From a virus, in the UHGV virus genome UHGV-0036008: a DNA stretch of 42,664 nucleotides. One strand, written 5' to 3'. Both the position numbers and the translations under genes were made by a program. Below, one piece after another: positions 34,555 to 42,614 of the stretch (positions within the stretch are counted from its first letter, which is position 1; every line of letters starts with the position of its first letter). Under the pieces are notes generated by a model. It saw nothing but the letters and a program-made list of their open reading frames with translations. It made no database searches and was not told the DNA's origin.

Positions 34555-35283
34555 ATGGAAGTTTTCTGGATAGTTGTTGGTGTGGTTGCGGTGATTATTT
34601 ACGTTATCAACCAGAACAAGACTAAGATCTCTGATCGTACGGTCGTTAATCAGAACAAAACGATAAAGACCGAAGATGGGGAGGTAACGATTAGTCGTAC
34701 ACAGGTGATAGAACACACATCTACTCAGTTTCAAAAAACTGGAGGTAACGCGCCTGATATTTCCGTACCTCCTGCTTATGATAGTGCGGTAATCCAGACA
34801 TATTATAAACAGCAGGAGTTAGCAAAAGAGAGGCAACTGATTCAGCCAAAGCCGTTTACAGCTGAGCTTCCACCTGGAGTGTCAACGCGTCCGGCATATC
34901 ATGGAAGATTCCCTGGTGATGACATATCGTCTCAGTCATCTAAAAAAGCACCTCAGGCAGTATCAGAGCCAGCAAGAATACCTTCTGTATCGCCGCCAAA
35001 AGAAGAATCAGCTAACAGAGTTTCAAGTGGCCGCAAGCAGTGTTTGCGATGCAGAATAAACCTTCCATATGACAAATTCCGGAAATCGTCAAAAAATCCA
35101 GATGGATTGACTAAGTGGTGTGCAAGGTGCCTCGATGGCCCAAAGAATACACGCCATATGAAGTGGTGCCCAATTTGTAATGTCCGCAGAAAACGGACCA
35201 GCTTTTACCCTAATAATCAAAATGCGGACGGCTTAATGGCATGGTGCAAAACGTGCTGGGACGAGCACAAAGCGAAACGATAG
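34555..35283 (+). CDS. Membrane-anchored protein with duplicated C-terminal zinc-ribbon motif
   Basis: N-terminal TM helix (VFWIVVGVVAVIIYVI); two repeats of C-x2-C...N-x-DGL-x2-WC-x2-C. Confidence 0.5.
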   Translation: MEVFWIVVGVVAVIIYVINQNKTKISDRTVVNQNKTIKTEDGEVTISRTQVIEHTSTQFQKTGGNAPDISVPPAYDSAVIQTYYKQQELAKERQLIQPKPFTAELPPGVSTRPAYHGRFPGDDISSQSSKKAPQAVSEPARIPSVSPPKEESANRVSSGRKQCLRCRINLPYDKFRKSSKNPDGLTKWCARCLDGPKNTRHMKWCPICNVRRKRTSFYPNNQNADGLMAWCKTCWDEHKAKR

Positions 35284-35307
35284 GCCGCTCTTGCGGCCTT
35301 TAAATTT
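35283..35307 (+). terminator. Intrinsic terminator
   Basis: GGCCGCTCTTGCGGCC hairpin followed by TTTAAATTT. Confidence 0.5.
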
Positions 35308-35565
35308 ACCGGGTTTGTTTTCGTAATTGTTCGGCACAATAGTCGAGATGTGTTTGCAGATCCTGCATAGACATCTGTGAGCTGGTGACGTAGTTAATCA
35401 GTGCAGTCAGTTCGGCAAGTGGGCCATCGACATTAAATCCATCCTTATCGAGATCCCGGAGTAATTTCATCAAGTGCGATCCCTCCACCAGTGACCTGAC
35501 GCCTCCCGGCGTGTGAATCCTTTCGGTAAATCCGTCTTCCAGTGGATAGTGATACTGCTGCATCT
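35306..35565 (-). CDS. Stand-alone copy of the antirepressor C-terminal domain (86 aa)
   Basis: From internal Met with GGAGAAG RBS; YHYPLEDGFTERIHTPGGVRSLVEGSHLMKLLRDLDKDGFNVDGPLAELT...DLQTH aligns with C-termini of ORFs 1334..2053 and 33447..34157. Confidence 0.45.
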
Positions 35566-35638
35566 TATCTTCTCCATGCAATAACTGTATGTTTATACAG
35601 TAACAAATAATTTGTTTGCTATCCAGCACGTTTTGCAA

Positions 35639-35655
35639 ATTACCCGAAAGGTAAT
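35639..35655. promoter_or_regulatory. ATTACC-N5-GGTAAT site between stand-alone domain gene and tailspike
   Basis: ATTACCcgaaaGGTAAT. Confidence 0.5.
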
Positions 35656-35758
35656 ATCTATTGGTATTTATAGTCTTTTTATCCATATATGGTTTTTCAG
35701 GTAATAGAATAACCAGATATGCGGCGCAACGGGTGCTGCGACTATCTGGAGATTTAAC

Positions 35759-38700
35759 ATGACGGTCTCAACCGAAGTTGACCACAACGAATACACCGGT
35801 AACGGCGTTACGACATCGTTTCCGTATACTTTTCGAATTTTCAGAAAATCAGACCTGGTTGTTCAGGTGTCTGACCTGAACGGGAACGTAACAGAATTGG
35901 TCCTGGATACCGGTTATACGGTAACTGGGGCGGGCACTTATAGTGGCGGTTCTGTGGTTCTTCCGTCTCCGCTTGCTACTGGATGGCGAATTACGATAGA
36001 TCGTGTGCTTGATGTAGTGCAGGACACAGACCTTCGCAATCAGGGAAAATTTTTCCCCGAAGTGCATGAAGATGCCTTTGACTACCTGACGATGCTGATC
36101 CAGCAATGTTTTGGGTGGTTCAGACGTGCATTGATGAAGCCCTCTCTGCTTGCAAAATATTACGATGCAAAGCAAAACAAAATTTCTAACCTTGCAGATC
36201 CATCATTTGAGCAGGACGCTGTAAATAATCGCTCAATGCGTAATTATGTCGATGCTGCAATCGCCGGAGTTGTTGGTGGTTTTGGTTGGTTTATTCAGTA
36301 TGGTTCTGGGGCTGTGTACCGAACGTTCCAGGATAAAATGCGTGATGCTATTAGCCCCAAAGATTTTGGAGCTGTTGGTGATGGTATAAATGACGATTCC
36401 ACTGCAATAAGCGCGTGCCTTGAAGCCTCATCTCCAGGTTATAAAATTGACGGATTAGGGCTTACTTTTAAAGTATCAACTCTTCCGGATGTCAGTCGAT
36501 TTAAAAATGCTCGTTTTTTATTTGAGAGAATACCGGGCCAGCCTCTTTTTTATGCTTCTGAAGATTTTATCCAGGGAGAGTTATTTAAAATTACAGATAC
36601 ACCGTGGTACAACGCCTGGACGCAGGATAAAACGTTTGTATATGACAATGTCATCTATGCGCCTTTTATGGCTGGAGACCGCCATGGTGTGAATAACCTC
36701 CATGTTGCATGGGTTCGCTCAGGAGATGACGGGAAGACCTGGACAACGCCGGAATGGCTTACAGATTTACATGAAAACTATCCCACAGTTAACTATCACT
36801 GCATGAGTATGGGGGTTGTCAGAAATCGCCTTTTTGCTGTAATTGAGACGCGGACCGTGAGAGGAAATAAACTGCAGGTTGCAGAGTTGTGGGATCGCCC
36901 AATGAGTCGCAGCCTTCGCGTTTATGGTGGTATAACGAAAGCAGCAAATCAGCAAGTCGCTTATATTCGCATTACTGATCACGGATTATTTGCTGGTGAT
37001 TTTGTCAACTTCTCAAACTCTGGTGTTACAGGTGTTACCGGGAATATGACGGTGACTACTGTTATTGATAAAAATACCTTTACAGTTACGACGCAAAATA
37101 CCCAGGATGTGGATCAGAATAACGAGGGTAGATACTGGAGTTTTGGCACATCATTTCACTCGTCACCATGGAGAAAAACCAGTCTTGGAACTATTCCTTC
37201 TTTTGTTGACGGAAGCACTCCTGTTACTGAGATTCACAGTTTTGCGACGATTAGCGATAACAGTTTTGCTGTTGGCTACCATAATGGTGATATTGGTCCA
37301 CGCGAGCTTGGGATACTCTATTTCTCTGATGCTTTCGGTTCTCCTGGTAGCTTTGTTCGCAGACGCATACCTGTAGAATATGAGGCGAATGCATCTGAGC
37401 CATGTGTAAAATATTATGATGGCATTCTGTATCTGACGACCAGGGGGACATTAAGTACTCAACCCGGTAGTTCATTGCACAGAAGCTCTGATTTAGGTAC
37501 ATCATGGAATTCTCTTCGCTTCCCAAATAATGTTCATCACTCAAACCTTCCTTTTGCCAAAGTTGGCGATGAGCTGATTATTTTTGGCAGTGAGCGCGCA
37601 TTTGGTGAGTGGGAAGGAGGAGAACCTGATAACCGTTATGCAGGAAATTATCCAAGAACATTTATGACCAGAGTTAACGTCAATGAGTGGAGTCTGGATA
37701 ATGTAGAGTGGGTTAATGTTACTGATCAGATTTATCAGGGCGGAATAGTTAACTCTGCGGTTGGTGTTGGTTCAGTTTGTATCAAAGACAACTGGCTGTA
37801 CTACATTTTCGGTGGGGAAGACTTTCTAAACCCATGGAGCATAGGGGATAACAACAGAAAATATCCTTATGTTCACGATGGTCACCCGGCTGATTTGTAT
37901 TGTTTCAGGGTGAAAATTAAACAGGAAGAATTTGTTTCAAGGGATTTTGTCTACGGAGCCACTCCTAACAGAACGCTTCCTACTTTTATGTCGACGTCAG
38001 GCGTGAGGACGGTTCCTGTACCCGTTGATTTCACAGATGATGTTGCCGTCCAGTCACTGACTGTCCATGCAGGTACATCAGGACAAGTTCGCGCGGAAGT
38101 CAAACTTGAGGGTAATTACGCCATTATTGCGAAGAAAGTACCGTCTGATGATGTTACCGCTCAGAGATTAATCGTTAGCGGCGGTGAAACAACGTCTTCA
38201 GCAGATGGTGCAATGATAACGTTGCATGGTTCCGGAAGCAGTACTCCACGTCGCGCGGTATATAACGCACTCGAACATCTTTTTGAGAACGGAGATGTTA
38301 AACCTTATCTTGATAATGTAAATGCTCTTGGTGGTCCGGGAAACAGGTTCTCGACAGTTTATCTTGGCTCCAATCCTGTGGTTACCAGTGACGGAACATT
38401 AAAGACAGAGCCGGTCTCTCCTGACGAAGCATTGCTGGATGCCTGGGGTGACGTCAGGTATATCGCTTATAAATGGCTGAACGCTGTCGCTATAAAGGGG
38501 GAAGAAGGGGCGAGGATACATCATGGTGTAATCGCGCAGCAACTTCGTGATGTTCTTATTTCTCACGGACTCATGGAAGAAGAAAGCACAACATGCCGCT
38601 ATGCCTTTCTTTGCTATGACGATTATCCCGCAGTATATGATGACGTCATTACTGGCCAAAGGGAAATGCCGCTGACTGATAATGACGGGAGCATCATTGT

Positions 38701-38878
38701 TGATGAGGATGATAATCCAGTGATGGTAATAGAAGACATCATTGAGCGCGTTGAAATAACGCCAGCAGGATCTAGATGGGGGGTCAGACCTGATCTCTTA
38801 TTCTATATCGAGGCAGCATGGCAGCGCAGAGAAATGGATAAGATAAAAGAGCGGGTTCAGTCTCTGGAAGAACGTTAA
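35759..38878 (+). CDS. Tailspike / tail fibre with depolymerase-type domain and C-terminal S74 intramolecular chaperone
   Basis: 1039 aa; T7-tail-fibre-like N-terminus (NEYTGNGVTTSFPYTFRIF); DFGAVGDGINDDSTAI beta-helix motif; Asp-boxes SGDDGKTW and SSDLGTSW; C-terminal SDGTLKTE...HHGVIAQQL autoprocessing signature. Confidence 0.8.
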   Translation: MTVSTEVDHNEYTGNGVTTSFPYTFRIFRKSDLVVQVSDLNGNVTELVLDTGYTVTGAGTYSGGSVVLPSPLATGWRITIDRVLDVVQDTDLRNQGKFFPEVHEDAFDYLTMLIQQCFGWFRRALMKPSLLAKYYDAKQNKISNLADPSFEQDAVNNRSMRNYVDAAIAGVVGGFGWFIQYGSGAVYRTFQDKMRDAISPKDFGAVGDGINDDSTAISACLEASSPGYKIDGLGLTFKVSTLPDVSRFKNARFLFERIPGQPLFYASEDFIQGELFKITDTPWYNAWTQDKTFVYDNVIYAPFMAGDRHGVNNLHVAWVRSGDDGKTWTTPEWLTDLHENYPTVNYHCMSMGVVRNRLFAVIETRTVRGNKLQVAELWDRPMSRSLRVYGGITKAANQQVAYIRITDHGLFAGDFVNFSNSGVTGVTGNMTVTTVIDKNTFTVTTQNTQDVDQNNEGRYWSFGTSFHSSPWRKTSLGTIPSFVDGSTPVTEIHSFATISDNSFAVGYHNGDIGPRELGILYFSDAFGSPGSFVRRRIPVEYEANASEPCVKYYDGILYLTTRGTLSTQPGSSLHRSSDLGTSWNSLRFPNNVHHSNLPFAKVGDELIIFGSERAFGEWEGGEPDNRYAGNYPRTFMTRVNVNEWSLDNVEWVNVTDQIYQGGIVNSAVGVGSVCIKDNWLYYIFGGEDFLNPWSIGDNNRKYPYVHDGHPADLYCFRVKIKQEEFVSRDFVYGATPNRTLPTFMSTSGVRTVPVPVDFTDDVAVQSLTVHAGTSGQVRAEVKLEGNYAIIAKKVPSDDVTAQRLIVSGGETTSSADGAMITLHGSGSSTPRRAVYNALEHLFENGDVKPYLDNVNALGGPGNRFSTVYLGSNPVVTSDGTLKTEPVSPDEALLDAWGDVRYIAYKWLNAVAIKGEEGARIHHGVIAQQLRDVLISHGLMEEESTTCRYAFLCYDDYPAVYDDVITGQREMPLTDNDGSIIVDEDDNPVMVIEDIIERVEITPAGSRWGVRPDLLFYIEAAWQRREMDKIKERVQSLEER

Positions 38879-38904
38879 AAAAAAGCCCGCAAAATATTGC
38901 GGGC
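38877..38904 (-). terminator. Intrinsic terminator oriented for minus-strand transcripts
   Basis: GCCCGCAAAATATTGCGGGC hairpin; U8 only on minus-strand side. Confidence 0.45.
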
Positions 38905-39184
38905 ATCAAAAACGGAGTTGGTGAAAAGTTATCTTTGAATTCTATCATGAATCAGTACGTATTTTAAATACATGTTCAGGTTTATTACACCATAGCATTA
39001 TTAAATACAAAATTAAGTCTATGGTTCCTGTACAACTGCCCCCACTCTGCTGGCTCGTTCTGTAAAATCATTAGTACTTTTATTGAGATATATGATATGG
39101 AACAATAATGATTCATATATGGTTTACTATGCGGGTTTAGTCATCAATAATTGACTGGCTTATAGATAGTAAACAGGAGAAAGT

Positions 39185-39589
39185 ATGTCTGCTCAAGTAA
39201 CAAGTGAGCAATTAAATCAGTTGCTTAGTTTTGGTTCTCTTGCTGCAGTTATTGCAGGTGTCCCTCCGGAGGTTGCTTTAGGGGCTTTGGCTGGGGCGGT
39301 AATTTTTGTTACCTCTGCAGTAGAGTACCCCATCCGTCGCCGGGTGCTCCTGTCGATGCTCAGCTTTCTTTGCGGCCTTCTCTTTTACAAACCAGCAGCA
39401 TCAATTCTTATCGGCATAGCCAGCCTGATCCCTACCATCACGCAGGACTCTTTTGAAAAAGGGATTGTTTTCTCTGCAGGCGCATTCGTGTCAGCAATTG
39501 TCGCTGTGCGTATTGGTATATGGCTCTATCACCGTTCCGATAATCCACGCGAGTTAATTCCGGGGAGAAAAGACGATGGTAACGCATGA
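39185..39589 (+). CDS. Holin-like membrane protein
   Basis: 134 aa, several hydrophobic segments, first gene of lysis cassette, AGGAG RBS. Confidence 0.55.
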   Translation: MSAQVTSEQLNQLLSFGSLAAVIAGVPPEVALGALAGAVIFVTSAVEYPIRRRVLLSMLSFLCGLLFYKPAASILIGIASLIPTITQDSFEKGIVFSAGAFVSAIVAVRIGIWLYHRSDNPRELIPGRKDDGNA

Positions 39590-39884
39590 GTTTTTTTTGC
39601 TTATCACTAATGCAGTTATTTGCACTGGCATAGCAATTCGCGTTGTCACATTCCGGCGTAACGGCTCTCAACATCGAAGGTGGGGAGGATGGCTTGCTTA
39701 TTTCCTGATTGTTGCTGCGGCCAGTATTCCTGTTCGAGTCGCCTATGCAATCTGGTTACGTACGCCAATGGCTGTGGATTTATCTGAGGTCATTATCAAC
39801 GCTGTCATGCTGGCTGCGGTTATTAAAACGCGCGGTAACGTCGTTCAAATTTTTAAAGTATCGAGGTCTAAACATGGAGATTAA
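39576..39884 (+). CDS. Second holin / antiholin-like small membrane protein
   Basis: 102 aa, two hydrophobic helices, overlaps neighbours. Confidence 0.45.
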   Translation: MVTHEFFLLITNAVICTGIAIRVVTFRRNGSQHRRWGGWLAYFLIVAAASIPVRVAYAIWLRTPMAVDLSEVIINAVMLAAVIKTRGNVVQIFKVSRSKHGD

Positions 39885-40503
39885 ACAATTCCAGCGAGCT
39901 GCTGGTATCAGCGAGGCACTGGCCGCACGCTGGTTCTCGCATATAACTTCTGCGATGAAAGAGTTTGGTATCAGCAAAGCAGAAGATCAGGCAATGTTTA
40001 TTGCTCAAGTCGGGCATGAGTCTGGGGGCTTCACCAGGTTGCAGGAGAATTTCAACTACAGTGTCAGCGGACTGGCTAACTTCGTTCGGGCTGGGCGTCT
40101 CACTCAGGGGCAGGCTAATGCACTGGGGCGCCGTGCTGGTGAACCACCATTGCCACTTGAGCGCCAGCGCGCGATCGCAAATCTGGTATACAGCAAACGC
40201 ATGGGGAACAATGCCCCTGGTGATGGCTGGAATTACCGAGGGCGCGGACTTATCCAGATTACCGGTTTGAATAACTATCGTGATTGCGGAAACGGTCTGA
40301 AGGTTGACCTGCTGGAGAGCCCTGAACTGCTGGCGCAGGACGAATATGCGGCTCGTAGCGCGGCGTGGTTCTTCGCCAGCAAAGGATGCATGAAGTATAC
40401 CGGCGATATTGCACGTGTAACTCTGATTATCAATGGTGGCCGGAACGGCATCGACGACCGGCGAGCGCGGTACATCACTGCCAGTAAGGTGCTGGCGGTA
40501 TGA
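39874..40503 (+). CDS. Endolysin, glycoside hydrolase family 19 (chitinase-like lysozyme)
   Basis: Internal start of track ORF; [11 protein letters not shown] and [17 protein letters not shown]19 signatures. Confidence 0.75.
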   Translation: MEIKQFQRAAGISEALAARWFSHITSAMKEFGISKAEDQAMFIAQVGHESGGFTRLQENFNYSVSGLANFVRAGRLTQGQANALGRRAGEPPLPLERQRAIANLVYSKRMGNNAPGDGWNYRGRGLIQITGLNNYRDCGNGLKVDLLESPELLAQDEYAARSAAWFFASKGCMKYTGDIARVTLIINGGRNGIDDRRARYITASKVLAV

Positions 40504-40982
40504 TCTGGGCATTCGTAAAAGCATACTGGAAACAGTTGATTATCGTGGCAGTGCTTGCTGTTCTGGTCATATCAGGAGTTGTTGCCTGGAATATACACGG
40601 CAGTCGCCAGTACGATGCCGGGTATGCTCAGGCGGAAGAAGACCGCAAAGCCGAAGAAGACAAAGTTCGTCAGTACTACGAACAGGAGAAAGTGACCAAT
40701 GAACGTGAAGCTCAGCAGAGGATCGACCAGGCGCGCAATGATGCTCTTGATGCTGCCGCTAGCGCTGGCCGGTTGCAGCAACAACTCTTTGCCATCCGTG
40801 AGCAGCTCAGGCAGTATAACGCCATTGTCGGCGCTGGGTCGTCAGCCGCAGACACCGGAGTTTTGCTTGCCGACGTGCTCAGCAAATCTCTCGAGAGAAA
40901 CAGACAACTGGCAGAGTATGCTGACCGGGCAGCCGAAGCCGGAAGAGTCTGCGAAAAACAGTACGACACTTTGACCAGATAG
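40500..40982 (+). CDS. Rz: i-spanin (Rz-like)
   Basis: 160 aa; N-terminal TM helix then coiled-coil; ATGA overlap with endolysin stop. Confidence 0.65.
   Translation: MIWAFVKAYWKQLIIVAVLAVLVISGVVAWNIHGSRQYDAGYAQAEEDRKAEEDKVRQYYEQEKVTNEREAQQRIDQARNDALDAAASAGRLQQQLFAIREQLRQYNAIVGAGSSAADTGVLLADVLSKSLERNRQLAEYADRAAEAGRVCEKQYDTLTR
40738..40974 (+). CDS. Rz1: o-spanin lipoprotein (Rz1-like) embedded in +1 frame of Rz
   Basis: Lipobox LALAGCS after short signal peptide; Pro-rich; wholly inside Rz coding region. Confidence 0.55.
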   Translation: MMLLMLPLALAGCSNNSLPSVSSSGSITPLSALGRQPQTPEFCLPTCSANLSRETDNWQSMLTGQPKPEESAKNSTTL

Positions 40983-41153
40983 CATGGCATTTTTCATGGT
41001 ACTGATTTCCGGTGACGGTATATAAAACGGTACGGGAAAAATTGAGATTTGGAAAAATGTTATCACTCAATTGGTTATGGTTATCGTAAATAATTGAGTG
41101 GGAATGATTCCGCGTCTGGCACAGCCAGGCACCTGATGGCATGAAATGCCGCT

Positions 41154-41183
41154 AAGCCCGCGTAATTGCGGGCTTTTTTTTGT
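41154..41183 (+). terminator. Rho-independent terminator ending the late/lysis operon
   Basis: GCCCGCGTAATTGCGGGC hairpin followed by T8. Confidence 0.7.
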
Positions 41184-41281
41184 TTGTGTTTGGCACGATC
41201 TGGCAACGGGAGGAAGCGCCAAGCACCGTTTGAGCATGGCATTAAAGCTGGTATTATGGTTTGGCGATGCCATGATTGATG

Positions 41282-41390
41282 CCGATACCATGCTGCGTTC
41301 TTTTGTGTGTTCATGGTATTAATATTCTATAAGTTACTGTTTCGTAAGAAAAAATACGATAAATTCGAGATTTTTTCAGCATGGTATCGG
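41282..41390. repeat. Perfect 14-bp inverted repeat CCGATACCATGCTG / CAGCATGGTATCGG plus extra CATGGTAT copies upstream of second integrase
   Basis: Read from sequence; candidate integrase arm-type sites or att-region elements. Confidence 0.5.
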
Positions 41391-41411
41391 AGACGAAGAA
41401 GGACAAGGTAC

Positions 41412-42614
41412 ATGCTGACCGATACCAAGCTGCGCAATCTCAAGCCCAGGGACAAACTCTACAAAGTGAATGACCGGGAAGGTCTCTATGTGGCAGTGAC
41501 TCCAGCCGGCTCCATCTCGTTCCGTTACAACTACTCAATCAACGGTCGGCAGGAGACCATCACCTTTGGGCGTTATGGTGTCGGTGGCATCACCCTGGCC
41601 GAAGCCCGCGAGCTGTTGGGTGACGCCAAGAAGATGGTTGCGGCGGGCAAGTCGCCGGCCAAGGAGAAAGCCCGAGACAAGGCGCGGGTGAAAGATGCAG
41701 AGACGTTCGGTGCCTGGGCGGAGAAGTGGCTGCGTGGCTACCAGATGGCCGACTCCACCCGCGATATGCGCCGCTCGGTTTATGAGCGTGAGCTGAAGCC
41801 GAAATTCAGCAATCAGAAGCTGGTGGAGATCACCCACGAAGACTTGCGGGCGCTGGCTGATGCCATTGTTGAGCGAGGCGCACCGGCCACCGCCGTTCAT
41901 GTGCGTGAAATCGTGTTGCAGGTATTTCGCTGGGCCATCGAGCGTGGGCAGAAGGTCGAAAACCCGGCAGAACTGGTGCGCCCAACAAGCATCGCTCGAT
42001 TCGAGCCACGTGACCGAGCGTTGACGCCAGAAGAAATTGGGCTGATGTACCAGTACATGGAGCGAGTGGGCACAAGCCCAACAAACCGTGCGGCGGCCAA
42101 GCTGTTATTGCTGACGATGGTGCGCAAGAGCGAGCTGACCAATGCGACCTGGAGCGAGATCAATTTCAGCGAAGCGTTGTGGACGATTCCAAAGGAGCGG
42201 ATGAAACGCCGTAACCCGCACCTGGTATTTCTGTCCCAGCAGGCTCTGGATATTTTCATTGCCATGAAAACCTTTGCCGGTGGTTCCGACTTCGTTTTGC
42301 CATCACGGTACGACTCGGATGCGCCGATGAGCGCTGCCACACTTAACCAGGTGCTGACGCTGACTTACAAGGCGGCGCAGAAAGATGGGAAGTCACTTAC
42401 CAAGTTCGGACCGCATGATTTGCGGCGCACAGCCAGCACGCTGTTGCATGAGGCCGGCTACAACACCGACTGGATCGAGAAGTGCCTGGCGCACGAGCAG
42501 AAGGGCGTGAGGGCTGTCTACAACAAGGCTGAGTACCGCGAGCAGCGGGCGGCGATGTTGCAGGATTGGGCCGATATGATTGATGAGTGGACTTCGGGAG
42601 GCAGTAAGGGTTGA
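41412..42614 (+). CDS. int: Tyrosine integrase, P4-like family (second copy, diverged paralog)
   Basis: Start at internal Met of track ORF (MLTDTKLRNLKPRDKLYKVNDREGLYVAV); same domain signatures as ORF 50..1300, clearly diverged. Confidence 0.85.
   Translation: MLTDTKLRNLKPRDKLYKVNDREGLYVAVTPAGSISFRYNYSINGRQETITFGRYGVGGITLAEARELLGDAKKMVAAGKSPAKEKARDKARVKDAETFGAWAEKWLRGYQMADSTRDMRRSVYERELKPKFSNQKLVEITHEDLRALADAIVERGAPATAVHVREIVLQVFRWAIERGQKVENPAELVRPTSIARFEPRDRALTPEEIGLMYQYMERVGTSPTNRAAAKLLLLTMVRKSELTNATWSEINFSEALWTIPKERMKRRNPHLVFLSQQALDIFIAMKTFAGGSDFVLPSRYDSDAPMSAATLNQVLTLTYKAAQKDGKSLTKFGPHDLRRTASTLLHEAGYNTDWIEKCLAHEQKGVRAVYNKAEYREQRAAMLQDWADMIDEWTSGGSKG

Larger units (their letters stand above)
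50..41183. mobile_element. Integrated temperate prophage: lambdoid early/replication region plus T7/epsilon15-like podovirus structural and lysis modules
   Basis: Contiguous int, xis-like, recombination, repressor/cro, O/P replication, terminase, portal, capsid, tail, tailspike and lysis genes; ends not defined by an identifiable att repeat. Confidence 0.8.
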
